A stretch of 34,283 nucleotides of DNA, from NCBI GenBank assembly GCA_900617105.1, contig UYFQ01000730.1:1-34283 (forward strand), in the 5' to 3' direction. Shown piece after piece: positions 21,324-34,283 of the stretch. Made by a program: the position numbers and the translations under genes. The notes under the pieces were generated by a model. That model worked only from the letters and a program-made list of their open reading frames with translations. It was not told the DNA's origin and did no database searches. Source of the stretch: Hydrurus foetidus (taxonomy: Eukaryota). The stretch's first letter is position 1, and every line of letters starts with the position of its first letter.

Positions 21324-22262
21324 GTATCTTTATAGGATGCGATGCAGTATACTTAAACCTAGTTTTCAACTCAAGTGTTGAATAATATTATTTTGCCAAC
21401 ACATTTTTTCGTACTTGTGGATTACTACAGAAGTGATAACAGTAGAAATTGAGTATACACGATGTTCTAAAATGAGCATGGTTTGGTTCAACCAAATCTC
21501 ATGTCAGACATGTGATACTGTACTGGTAAAAAAAGTTTATCTGGTTTTTTTATATCACAGAATCGGCTATTGACTGCGGATCATTCTCCTCTTTTTAATT
21601 TTTTTGTGCGGGGTCCCGAAAGTGCCTTGATTCAGAAAAAAGAAGACAGAAGAAGAGAAAAAAGAAAAAATTGTCTGATCAGGTGTTTCAGTACAGAAAT
21701 TGGTGTATTCGGTAAGACAATACCGATGTGCTCCGATAAGATGACTTTTTAGTTTCGCTCAGTTTAAGTCAGCCCATGAAAATATTCCCATGATCTTGAG
21801 AGAGGGATTGAGACAGTTTAGATGCAGGTAACTTTGAGGTCGATCTTTGTTGCGAATCGATGTCTCTGTGTTGTTTTTGTCCGGACTGTACATAAACGTA
21901 TCAGATCACTGGAGTGTTGTTTCAACGAATATTTCTCACTTCACGTCACCCTTTGTTCTTTAGGATGTATAATGAGGGAGAAAAGATGTTTAGTCATAGA
22001 GTAAATAGTTGCACTTCATCCGCTTATTTCATTTTATTTCATTACATACACGTAGTATTCGATAGAAAAGATCACCAAACAATCTTCCAGTAGCAGAAAC
22101 ATATCATGTAACACAATTTCGCGATATATTCGATTTGATTTGATTCGATTCGATTTAGTTAAATTTTGGTGGGTCGGAAACAATGAAAGAGAGGAGAAGA
22201 GAAGAGGATAGAGGAGAGTAGGGCTTGCTTTACTTCGCGTGAAAACTTTGCGTATCGAACAT

Positions 22263-25200
22263 TTAGTCTTTCCAGACCGACTCTTCCATGAGTGCGCTGA
22301 CTTTCACCCTCGTCAAAAATGCGTCAGTCGATCTGTTGGCAGGATACAGAGATAAGGAGGAGACAAGAAATGATGGAGGGACGTGGAATATGGGCTGGAA
22401 GAAGCAGAGCAGAGAAAATAGACTTACTGATGATGGATCAAATAAAGAGATGAGTAATGGCGCCTCGTGCTTTCGATACACATAGCAATGAAACAATTCA
22501 GTGGGCTCTACAAATCGAGTGCACAAGTTAGTAAGGTTACCTCATCATCTCCACCGACTGGCTGATTCGTCTCTCAGAGGAGGGAAGAGGATTCTTTTTG
22601 AAGAATTCTTCGATCTCGTCAGCCCGTGCTGCAGTGCAGAATCGGGAAATGCTGGTAGAAAGAAGGGAAGAGATAGAAGAAGGAGGAAAGTGGACAGTGT
22701 CATGAAAGAATGATAGAAAGATGCACAGGTTGTAGCAGCTATAGATTAAGATGTTTGGCGATATGTGCAGATCAGTTGATAACAGTGCGTACGCAGAGTT
22801 ATGATGTCGGAAATACTTATACGTCAGAAAGCAGGAATAAGGATTGATAAGACAGAATGTGGGAAATATCAGTCTCTTAGGAAATACATGCATAAAATAT
22901 GAGGAGTAGCGTTTACTGTAGAAGTCACTATGAACAGCAACATTATATTTCTGTGCTCGAAAATGGCCGCCGAGAACAACGCTCATCACTCTACATTCGT
23001 CAAATATGCTTCAAGGAAACCCTAAACTGTTGTCTTATTTCGACTTCTCAATATGAAGATCTAACATTTGATGTTGCATGCATGGGGCGTACCTGTATGC
23101 GATAGCTGCATCCATTAGAGAGGGAGATGCTTTGGCGAGCAGAGACTTGATCGTGGCAAAGTTCTATTGAGGGGAGGGGAGGGGAAGGGGAGAGTAGTGA
23201 GGTGATGTGAGAGGGGAAGATGAGGGGGAGTGAAGGGAGAAGTGAGAGGAGGGGGAGGGAGGTGAGATGGAGGGAGGTGAGTGAGAGGGTGAGGGGGGGG
23301 TGAGGGGATTAGGAGTGGGTTAGCACGTGTGTGTGCGTATGTATGTATGTATGTATGTATGAGTGCGTGTGTATGTGAGTGTGTTCGAGAATGAGAGTGT
23401 GTCTGTGTGTTTGAGAGTGTGCGTATCTGTGTCTGGAAAATCATACCAGCAGTTTTTCAAACTCATCGTAAAAAGCATGTCGATTAAATGATATCAGATC
23501 AATATCAATATACGTCAATCTTGTTATCACCAAAACAGAATAAAACATCGGAAAATGCATACAAATTTAAGGTTGATACGGGGATTCCAATTGTTTTCAA
23601 GTCTATTTTCAGTCTGTCATTCAGACGTCCCATCCTGTTCAGCAATGCATTCCTCTGTTTTTACTTTTCGTAACTTACATCTTGATAGTACTGCCATGCT
23701 AGAATGCATCCCTCGGGAGATCCAGACACCGATCCGATTGGATAGAAGAAGTCTTGCAGTTTCACTTCGCCGCTCTTTACAGCCCAGTCCAGTGTATCTG
23801 ATTTGAGGGATGGCACTGATGTGGCGCCCAGACTAGGAAATGGAAGCAACAAAAGGGGTGTGGAGGGAGTAAGAGGGAAGAAGGGAGGGTAAGGAGGAGG
23901 GGAGGGAGAAGAAGGGAGGGTAAGAGTGAGGAAGAGAGTGACGTGTCATAGATGGAGCGGTAGTCATGTATGCATACAAATGTAACGGTCGTATATAACA
24001 AAATACGTGAAAATGCATTGATTTGTGTGCTTAAATACGAATGTTTTAAATGATAATTTTGTCAAGGTCGAAACACCAGCAGTTTTCAGGATTTTTTTGA
24101 AGCATATTTGAAGAAATTAGATCGAGAAACATTCTTCTCAGCGGTCATTTTCTAATACATGAGCATGATATTCCCGTTAACTTGTGATCTCGACAATATG
24201 ATACAAAGGGATGCAGTACACTCCGTATGACACATGTGTTCTGGTTGTACCTGTTCATGGCGTATTTCCTCTCGATGTTGTCTTGAGTGGCATAGTAAGT
24301 AGCCTTGACACGTTTGTAAATGTCCTCTCCTCCAGTTGCCAACATTATACGGTACACGGTAGTCTGCGAGAGAGATAGGAGAGAGTTGTGAGTGCTTGTG
24401 TGAGAGAGATGATAAGTAAAAACATAAGATATGAGTCATTCCATTACAAATATCGTATCTAAGCACTGAGAATCTTAAAATAATTCGGATAGACGAAATA
24501 AAATATTCCTTATTCAAAGACGATTAGTAAAAATTCAAATTATTTAAAATAAACACGAACACACGTACGCACCTTGTATTCTGAAGGCAGCAAAGAGGGT
24601 TCCGTGAAGTGACCTTCGAATCTTCTTTTCACTTCCTTCAACACTACCTCGTCATCGCATGCGAAATTATCGAGGAGGGAGATAACTGAGGAACGGAGTA
24701 GTTTGGCCGAGTGGTCATCTTCCGGCTTAGTATCCCATCCAACCTGAAATTGAAAATAAAATTGAAAAACTAAAATGAGTGTGTGTGTGGTGTGTGTGAG
24801 CGTGGTGTGTGAGTGTGTTGTGTGTGTATGGTGTGTGTGAGTGTGGTCTGTGAGTGTCTGGTGTGTTTGTGTACCACGTCACCTTAACACAACATTACAA
24901 TGCATGCATAGCATTGCATCACAGAATTACAGCATTTGACATCATCGCACCCTGGCAAGAGCTGTGACAACAATTTTCTTGCCAAATTGTTTGTATGCGG
25001 CGAATGGAGCCCCCCCAATTTCTTCGAGAAGAAGATACAGACCATTCAACACACCCTGAAATATTGACATTCGTAAAATATTGAAATTTAAGATATATAG
25101 AAAATTATAAGATAAGGTGAGGGGTAATGGGCGGACAAATAGACAGATACGCGGACAGTTGAAGTCGCAACTAAACGAAAATAATGCTCGAAAATAACCG

Positions 25201-28200
25201 CTGAGAACAACATTTTATTATTCTATATTCGTCAAATGTGCTTCAAGAAAATCCTAAAAACTGCTGTTTGGTTTTGATCTCGACAATAACACATGCAACG
25301 CGTATTACGGAAGTAGAAATATTAATTGTTCTTTGAGAGTTGTCTACCGTAACATATTGCACAATCCGGCCAAATTTAAGCTGTTCTATTCCCATATAAT
25401 TATGCAGTGAGTCATACATACATACATACATACATACGAAAATACGTACATACACACATCAATACACACACGAACATACATACTCACGTACACATAAACA
25501 CCCTCGTTCATGCACCCTTACATACGTACGTACTTACCGCCATGCTTCCCCACACGATGGAGGATGTCTCATTATTCAAAGCTTTCAAAATCTCCACCAC
25601 TGCTTCGACTGAACCTGATCCAGCCTGGAAATTTCAGTTAAATTTCAATTTCGTTTTAATTGTAATTTGTATCGAGTATAATTTTGCGTTTTAAGTGGAG
25701 GAGCATGTGTAGTAATGTGTGCTGTGTGTGTTATTTGTGTGATCAGATGAGTGTGAATGGAATAGCTGTTCATGAGAAATATGTATTCAACACTTCAATT
25801 CAGTTGCATTCATTAAAATTAAATCGTACTGATTGGAACTGTGCTGTACATCAAGAAATTAAAACAAAAAAAATCACACTCCACAAAAAAAACCAATCGA
25901 TAAAATGTATCAGATTTTAGATCGTATTACCTTGGCCAGTGCGTACGTGTCTAAGAGTAGAGCTGCCCTATCGACTGCACTGAGAGATTTGTCAGAGAGA
26001 GCGGGCTGAAGGCGTTCTGAAAAAAGAAATAAAGAAAGAAAAGTGAAAAAGAGAGAAAGGAAGGAGGGAAGGAAGGAAAGAAGGAAAGAAAGAAGGGAGG
26101 AAGGAAAAGAGAAAAAGGAAAGTACATGGCGTACGTACGTAAGTACATAGACTGTAAAGTTAAAGTATAGTTCAAGTGGAGAAGAGTGGTGTGGAAAAAT
26201 CAAAAGTCACAAAATATCGCGTTGTGCACACGTTTGCACGCAGTATTATTTTCATATCTTTATGTGATTAAGTTGTGTGATGTATGCAACAACATAACAC
26301 CAGACAAAAGTACATAGCATTAAATGTCTGACAACAGCAATAAGATCAGTTATAAAAGACGTGTATAGAGATGCACGTACGTGTCATTGTCAACGAATGC
26401 GCCACACGCACTAAAGCGAATTGACCCGCATTGATTTTAATCCAGTCGTCAGCAGAGGAAAGAGGTAGTGTAAACGTCTGTGTTTTCTTATCCATAATAA
26501 CAGCCTTGTCTGACAGCTGCATAGAGGGGATAAAGAAAGAAAATAAAAAAAGAAAATAAAAAAATGAAGATATGCCAGGAAACAATAGGATTAGAATCTG
26601 ATAGAGTAGTAAGAGAGGTGTAAAGGAAAGACGCGAAGAAATGGAAAAGAAACAGGAGTAGCGGTAGAATTCGAAAAAAAGGTGGGATCGGAAGGTAGTC
26701 TAGTCTAGTCTAGTCTAGTGCACTGTTTAGTGTTTAATACGGTGTCACGACATTGAATGGATAATGGAGATAAAAGTGTTGGATGGATAATGGAGATAGA
26801 AGGGTGGTATGGAACAGAGGTAAGGTAGCAGGCTTCTAGGAAATGACACGTCTATACAATACACCTAGAGATAAGACATAAAGAAAAGAAAAGAAAAGAA
26901 GGAAAAAGGGATATAGGTGTGAGACACAAAGGGAAACCCATGCGACGAGATAGAGAGGTATTAGTTGCATCGTAATGAATGGAGAAGCAATAATTGAGAT
27001 GAAATAGAGATCAATTGAGGAACAGATTTAGTAAGATAATATATCCGTAAATAGTCGATGAATTTTTATGACGTAGTAGATAGCGGAAGAAAGATTCAAG
27101 ATATATGCGACACAATAAGATGCGATGTTATGCTACGCACTGGGTGCGGTGCCATATTTTAAGATCGTGAATCAAAATTGTACAAAGGAAAAAATTGAAT
27201 GTAAAAAGGGAAAAAGTGAAAAAGTGAAACAGAAGCAGAATAACAGAAATTACAATTTCCAATGCATAAAAATTTGTTGGAGGTCACCTGTGTGGATGAT
27301 GCAAAGCATAGCGGAATGCTCCAGACGACCTCTCCCTCTTCTCCCTCTAACCCACTAGAGCCCGACCCGTCTGCCAAGAACCAGTCTTGTCTCAAAGTCA
27401 TCTCTACGCTTGAGGGGCCCCAATTCTCAGAAACAACCTGGGGTACGGTACGTTGCGGTACGGTATGGTAAAAGTTATAGTAACAGTACTACAAAGCTTA
27501 ATTTCCATTTTCCTCTCTGGACCCATACATAAACAAAGGTGTCTTATTATCGGTAAATTAACCAATCATTTCTACTTCACAAAATGTTGAGTTAATTGTG
27601 GTTACAGTGATGAGTAGCAATGCAGTGTAGCAGTGGATTATATTCGTATTGAGGCAGATTGTCAGGAGCGATAAGAAAAGCATAGATGATAATTCGGCGG
27701 AGAATACTCTGTGCGATTGCGATATCGAGATAAAGCTTGAAGTGAAGCTCAGAAAAAAAATCAAGTGGCATTGAAAACATAACAATCTTCTGATTAAAGC
27801 GAGAAACAAATAAAGAATGTACAGGAACATTACAGTGACGGTTGATTTGGCAGTAAACAGCCGTACTTACCGTCAAATATGGGTAACCCATTCTGGTAGT
27901 CCACACACGCATCAGTCCTGCAATATCCATACCAGACACCTTTAGCAGCAGATGCGCAATAGAGATGTGAAGAGAGGAGATGTGAAGAGAGATGGTGTGG
28001 GTGTCGTCAGGGGATGAGGTGGGATGGGGTAGCATGGAATAGAAGGACAGCACGATAGGTGTGATGTGATGTGATGTGATTTGTCCGGTGCTTTATATTC
28101 TCGACGTAGTGCTATCTCCGTAATAATGAAGCCATTACAATGCTCTATATTGTCGAAGTCACCACTAAACAGGAACTTCACATTTTCCGTACTGGAAAAT

Positions 28201-31200
28201 GATCGCTGAGAACAACGATTCTCACACTATATTCGTCAAATATACTTCATGAAAATCCTCAAAACTGCTCTACTGTGACCTCTACAAAATCGTGAGTTTC
28301 TCACCTCACTCCACGCATTCCACAGATCGACCGTCTCTGTGCTGCTGTATGCGTGTCTCGTCATATACAGTTGTAACCCCTCTCGGAATTTCTCTTTTCC
28401 CAACACTGCACACACCATGTTAACAACAGCACTGCCCTTGCAGTAGGATATCGTATCGAACACCTGATGGCAAAGACAAGATAAGTGGAGACAGTAAGGT
28501 GAGAGAGTTACTTAACAGTACAATATATAATATGATGTTGTATTAAACACGTAAAAATAGATTAAAGAAGACAATGACTTTGCACTATGATACTGCGTCG
28601 GATATTTGGTAAAAGATTAGGGTCAGATAGTGACTGTGTGATAAATACTGCATAAAAAAGTGAGATAGAAATGAAGAGAGCAGTGAGGAGATTGGACGGT
28701 GAGATAGTAAGGACAAGTATGTTGTATATTAAATATTTTCAAGTCTCAACGTAATGTAGTCGTAACACAAAATATAACAAAATCGAGAGAAATAGACGTG
28801 CACATTCGGAGATGATGTGTACGTTATTTTAGTGTTAGTGAAAGATGATGTGCGAGTGTGGAGTGATGGAAGACATCGTAATGTGCTTTTGAAACTCTTG
28901 CCATTGGACAGCCAGTCGATAGTAAGAGATTATAGATAATCAGAAGGAGTAAAAGGAACAAAAAGGTTCGGAACATGAACTTCGTAATTTGAGATGGGAT
29001 ATGAAAAGATGTCAAACAGAATAAAATGTCAGAGAATGTAGTCGTATACAAGGTGCAAATGAAATGGACATTTCAGCATTGCTCAAATCTGTTTTTAATC
29101 CACCTTCTTGACATTAACATCTATTTCATATCCCATATCGCGAACGATAAAGTACATACATACGAATTAGAACACCTCATGAACTGTTCATGCTCCTCTA
29201 TTTCTTAAGTCAGCCTACATATCACATCACAACACAACACAATACATCACATCGTATATTATCACACTATTTCATTATCTAATTAATATGACATAAATCA
29301 CATTTACCGCATTGTATTATTTATTATCGCACTGTTTCACTATATTATTAATGTAATATACATCACATCACATCATATCACATTACATCTCATCCCATCA
29401 AATCATATCCCATCTCATCACATCGCATTTACCTGTTCCACTTCTTCCGCGTGTTTAATTGGCACGATGATGGGGTGGGACGTTCTGAGTGCATCCATCT
29501 TCTGAGCCGCACCGAAACTGTCAGTGGTATACTGCTCCCATATATTGTACTCAGGGTAAAGCGCATCAACTAAAAGAAGAAAAGAGAGGAGATAAGAAGA
29601 AAAGAAAAGAAAAGGAAGAGAGAATAAGGAGGGGTAAAATGAGTAAACTGACGGAGGAGGGGAGAGTGATCAAAAGGGTACATAGTAAATCAACGGAGAG
29701 AAAGAAGAAAAGGAGGTGGGAAAAGTGAAACATTGATAGAAGAGAAGAGGAGAAAAGAGAAGAAAAGAGGAGAGAAGAGGTACAGTGAGAGTGATAGGGA
29801 ATGGAAGGAATGAAGAAGAAGGAAGAAGAGAAGAGAAAAGAAGGGAAGAGAGTAATGCACTGTCAACTTTGACATCTCCAAGTCAATCTATGTGCGAGTG
29901 CAAGGTAAACAATGTACATTTCATCCACGTGGAGAACAGCTTCACAACAGAAAATGAAACATTTGTCATAAGAACTCTTCCCCTTATCCTATCTCATTGT
30001 GCGACATGATTTTTAAGGTCTCGTAAAAGATATCTACCTCTATACAGTAGAATTTCAATAATTGCTAATACTTTTAAGAACTAAAAATGGCAACATTTAC
30101 AGAGGTACGTACTAAATAAATATTTTCATGTGTCGTGCTAGTGCATTATATTTCTTTTCTCTCACCGCAGAAATGTTCCATAAACGCGGCGAAACCCTCA
30201 TTGAGCCACAAACCGTCCCACCACTGCATGGTCACCAAGTTGCCTGACATAAAAGAGATGATAACAGTTAACATGCATTATGTCGTATACAGTAATTGCG
30301 AGACAAATGATGTGTGCTGTAAATGCGTGCGTGCAAAAGTACTAATATGCGATATACACAATTGCTGCTTGTCAATTACAAAGAATAATAATAGTAATTA
30401 TTATTATAACTAATATGCACCAGAACATTAGTTGCGAAATAAATATGCAGAATAATAATTACGATGCCACATGTTACGATGAACATGCGCCATACACAGT
30501 AGTTGTTTCACAGACGTATGCGGAATAATAGAATAAAGAATAATAATTAACATGCAACGGAACAGTAGCATTAAAAAAAATACTGGATGAGTAATATAAA
30601 TTAATATGGATTAAATCATATACTGCTTGCGAAAGAAATATGTAGAGTAATAATTGAGATGCAATAAACTCATAATAATGTGAAATGATTATATTACAAG
30701 TGTAATGAAGTGATTGGTATGAAAAGATCAATGAAAAGATCAATATCGTAAGTGTAGTGATGATGAGGATGATGCAGGAGGAGATGATGATTAGATTTCC
30801 GATAAGATTCAATGCATATTCGTTCTGAAGTGAGGTAGACTGATTCTCGCACAGTTCGACACACAATGAAAAATAAACTATGATATAAAGAAAGATGAAA
30901 GATGGAAGAAAGGAAGAAAAGGTTCTGTAGTAGAAAATAGCTACTCTAGAGCTAATATGATCGGATTTGTTTCACAGAATGATATTGCAGTAAAAGAAGA
31001 CGATGCAGTACTGTGTGAAAACAAAACTGATTCCAATATCGTCTACACCAAACCCCTAATCCAATCACCTACACTGAAAAATTGAGTAATAATTGCTTTT
31101 TCAATACCACATTATCAGATTCACCATGTGGTATTGAAGTCATACCATAAATGCAAAATTACGGATACATTTTAGCAGTGACACTCCATGTCAATACCGG

Positions 31201-33338
31201 TAACAATACTGACGATACTGACAATAACGCACCACACTGTATTAGAGCAAGACTTACCAAACCATTGATGCGCCAGCTCGTGAGCGACAACGATGGCGAC
31301 CCTTTGCTTTTGCTGACTGCTCGCTTTCTCACTGTCGATCATCAGCGCTGCTTCGCGGTATGTCACTAGTCCCCAATTCTCCATCGCACCCTACGATATA
31401 CAGGAACGAAGGAGGGGAATAGATGAGTGTGTGTGTGTGTGTGTGTTTGGGGAGGGGGGAAGGGGAGGGGAGAGCGATCAGTAAAAGCGGTGTGGGGGGT
31501 ATATTAGAAAAAAGAGAGTACTGAGATAGATAATATAGATAGATAAATGAATAGTGTGTATGAGAGAGAGGGAGAGAGAGAGAGAGGGAGAGAGAAAAGT
31601 AGAGATGTTGGTATTAAACGGTTTTTGTTGCTATTTTGCGATTAAATTCATGGAGTAAGAGAAATCTACCGTAAACGGAAATGGTGTAATCTTGTGAGAG
31701 AGACGAGATAGAATGATAATAAAAGATTAATCACAGAAATGATTCCATCATCCTGGGAAGCTGACAATAGTATTGTCGAGTTCAAAACAATGCAGCTCTT
31801 CTCAGGATTTTCTTGAAGCATATTGACGAATATAGAGTGAGAATAGTTGTTCTCAGCGGTTATTTTTGTTGACAGAAAATTGGTATTGTTGTTTAGTGGT
31901 GGATTCGACAATCAGTGCTTCCAATATCACCAAATCAAAATGAGACAGAATAGTATGTCCAAGAATGCGCACGAATTTGAAATTTGAAATTCCTGCAAGA
32001 ACAGTGCTTCCAATTATTATAGGTGTGCGTTTCCAACGTATTATTCTGTACTGGTAAAACATGCGAAATGAGCGGTTACTTACCATGGCGAATTCCGTGA
32101 TGCAAATCATGTCCAATTTCGGCAATGGGTATGGCACCTGGGAAAAAAAGAGAAGAAAAAGAGAAGAAAAAGAGAAAAAATAAGACTATAAGAATAGAAG
32201 GATTAGAAGTGAAAATGAATTGAAGACGGGGATAGCGTGTGTGCGGTATGAGAATAAGTGATGAGAGGAAATTGTGTCTTACCGAAGCTGTATGTGATGT
32301 TTGGCTTTCTTCTCATTTTATGCGATATTCAAACTAGAAGCATTTATGTGTTGGATGGAGTATAACATCATACGGCACTGCACCGAACTGCATTGCAGTA
32401 CAGAACCAGATATGAGCAGTATATACTCGTTGCGATGATCATCACCCATTCAGTTAATCACTCAGATGATCTCTTATTGTATCAGGAAACACATCAATAC
32501 ATCAGTCAACAGTAAACAGTAAACCCATCTGCAAGAATGACTCTTTCACTCCTCCGCTCCCATCAGATTATTCTGTTCTGTTCTGTTCTCTTTTTTACTT
32601 ACTTTGAAGAAATCATCATAGAAGTCTAAAGCTCGAACCCCCGCATCGAGGGCGAAGGTCCCTTGGTTGGCCCGACCCGGGGGGCAAAAGACACGCAGTG
32701 CCACTCCCCCTAAGATAATATGAAGAGTTAAGATGTAAGAGTGAAGGGGTGAGAGTTAAGGGGTAATTTTGTAGGGGGTTGGGTGAAAGGGATATTCAGA
32801 GGGGGTGAGAGGGGTACTGCAGGGTGGAAGGATAGTCTGAAGGGAGTGGAGGGACTGATGGAAGTAGTTAGGGTCACATCGGAGTGTAGCGTAGAGTGTG
32901 AAATAATGTTATCACGAAGAATGGAATTCTTAAATAGGAAGCAGTTAGGAGGATAGGAGCTCGCAATGTGTGATATTAGAAAAATTAAGCAAGTAAAAGA
33001 GATCATTTAGATTGTTTGAATCAGATCGCAATGCATCTAATTTGAAAAACTACCCGTCAATAATTCTCTTTGAAGCACGTTCATTTAGCCATTGATTAAA
33101 CACAAATATCTGTGACGACATAAAAAACAAAAAACAACAACAACAACAACACAAATGCAACAGTGCATAATAACAACACACTCCTCTGACCTCTAACAAT
33201 CAGATAATCACTTTATACATTACCATCGAGAAAACGAATGTATATCTAACCTTTCGTCACAGCTTGAATGTAGTCGAATTCTCCAACAGCCCAGGCCACT
33301 AAGTAGGTGCTCATTTTTGGACTGATATTGAAGGTTAC
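22263..33338 (-). CDS. M1-family zinc aminopeptidase (puromycin-sensitive aminopeptidase-like); 19 exons in window, 5' exons beyond the right edge
   Basis: Exons 33338-33251, 32709-32603, 32137-32084, 31390-31258, 30243-30166, 29569-29433, 28463-28305, 27939-27871, 27437-27288, 26516-26381, 26016-25931, 25624-25538, 25055-24951, 24743-24573, 24363-24251, 23832-23679, 23163-23093, 22651-22541, 22332-22263: all GT-AG, phase-consistent, 2079 nt (692 aa plus stop). Motifs [57 protein letters not shown] (HEXXH-X18-E), FDTISYCKG. Confidence 0.96.
22915..23052 (+). mobile_element. ~140-bp intronic MITE-like repeat, copy A
   Basis: Core GAAAATGGCCGCCGAGAACAAC...ATTCGTCAAATATGCTTCAAGGAAACCCTAAACTG shared with four other copies. 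Confidence 0.7.
24058..24197 (-). mobile_element. ~140-bp intronic MITE-like repeat, copy B
   Basis: Core in reverse orientation; ends TTGTCAAGGTCG ... TGATCTCGACAAT. Confidence 0.7.
25155..25287 (+). mobile_element. ~140-bp intronic MITE-like repeat, copy C
   Basis: Core GAAAATAACCGCTGAGAACAAC...ATTCGTCAAATGTGCTTCAAGAAAATCCT; right end TGATCTCGACAAT. Confidence 0.7.
28149..28288 (+). mobile_element. ~140-bp intronic MITE-like repeat, copy D
   Basis: Ends ATTGTCGAAGTCA ... TGACCTCTACAA with the shared core. Confidence 0.7.
31772..31912 (-). mobile_element. ~140-bp intronic MITE-like repeat, copy E
   Basis: Ends ATTGTCGAGTTCA ... TGGATTCGACAAT with the core in reverse orientation. Confidence 0.7.
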
Positions 33339-33920
33339 CTGTAAGTGTTGAGAAAAAGGTGAAATATGGAAGGTTGTGTATGGTGTATTATTTTATTTAT
33401 GATTATTATCTCCTCTCTGTCGGAATGGGGGAATTCTAACACTCTCATTTCTTCGCTCTATTAAATCTCTCAATATTGTTATTGTATGAATGCTATTCTG
33501 CAAAGTACTCAAACATGTGATATGATAAGATAAGATAAGATATACGCACAATCCAGGGTATGTTATTTTTTTCCATTTTTTACGGTTTGACTGTAAGGAG
33601 TTGTAAATTCAAAATTTTGAGAACAATTCGTAGTGATGTTACGTACGGTATGAGAAGTCTATGAGAAGAAAAACTGATTAATGTGCCATGCTAACATAAT
33701 AACGGTTGAATAAAGTTGAGATGACAGTGCTTAAGCTGCGAGTATGATGATGCGAAACAGAGATGGCATTGGTTTCGATGGATACTATTTACGTAAGGAG
33801 CAGTGCAGCGGTATCGGAGAGAAATGAGGGTGATAGAGAGTGAGTACCGATTTGAACGACTCGCTGATTTCTATATGACAGATTATCTGATTTACTGACT
33901 GAGTCTGATTAGCACGCTTC

Positions 33921-34283
33921 CTGACTGACTGACTAACCGACTGACTGACTGACTAACCGACTGAATGACCGACTGACTGACTAACCGACTGACTGACTAA
34001 CCGACTGACTGACTAACCGACTGACTAACTGACTGACTGACTAACTGACTGACTAACCAATTGACTGACTAACCGACTGACTGACTAACCGACTGACTGA
34101 CTAACCGACTGACGACTAACTGACTGACTGACTAACCAACTGACTGACTAACCGACTGACTGACTAACCGACTGACTAACCGACCGACTGACTGACTAAC
34201 CGACTGACTGACTAACTGACTGACTGACTGACTGACTAACCGACTGACGACTAACTGACTGACTAACCGACTGACTGACTAAT
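33921..34283. repeat. (GACT)n satellite with interspersed AACC/AACT units, running off the window
   Basis: Directly visible, e.g. GACTGACTGACTAACC repeated. Confidence 0.95.

Noticed and set aside
23115..33006. Numerous 60-150 aa ORFs rich in S/L/F/H/T (e.g. 23115..23444, 30474..30866, 32728..33006)
   Set aside because: They are translations of low-complexity intron sequence, or exon fragments already accounted for in the aminopeptidase model.
33921..34283. Telomere at the right edge
   Set aside because: The unit is GACT-based rather than TTAGGG/TTTAGGG, and the aminopeptidase gene must continue beyond it.

Overview
Eukaryotic, intron-rich genomic DNA (GT-AG introns full of simple repeats; protist/stramenopile-like by inference only). 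Left to right: (1) the 5' part of a decayed Ty1/copia LTR retrotransposon (minus strand), apparently inserted into the left end of (2) a PIF/Harbinger transposon that still has an intact DDE transposase and a convergent spliced Myb/SANT gene; (3) a fragmented protein-kinase pseudogene; (4) a multi-exon F-box-like gene with a large low-complexity exon (minus); (5) an amplified tRNA-Lys(UUU) locus with three full genes and one truncated copy, arranged as a 766-bp inverted repeat plus a fold-back third copy; (6) a 3836-bp hAT transposon with 17-bp TIRs and an 8-bp TSD, inserted 147 bp upstream of one tRNA copy, with the empty site preserved in two sister copies; (7) 19 exons of an M1 (puromycin-sensitive-type) aminopeptidase gene (minus, 5' end outside the window) whose introns hold five copies of a ~140-bp MITE-like element; (8) a GACT-based satellite at the right edge. 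All calls come from manual reading and translation; no database searches were run.
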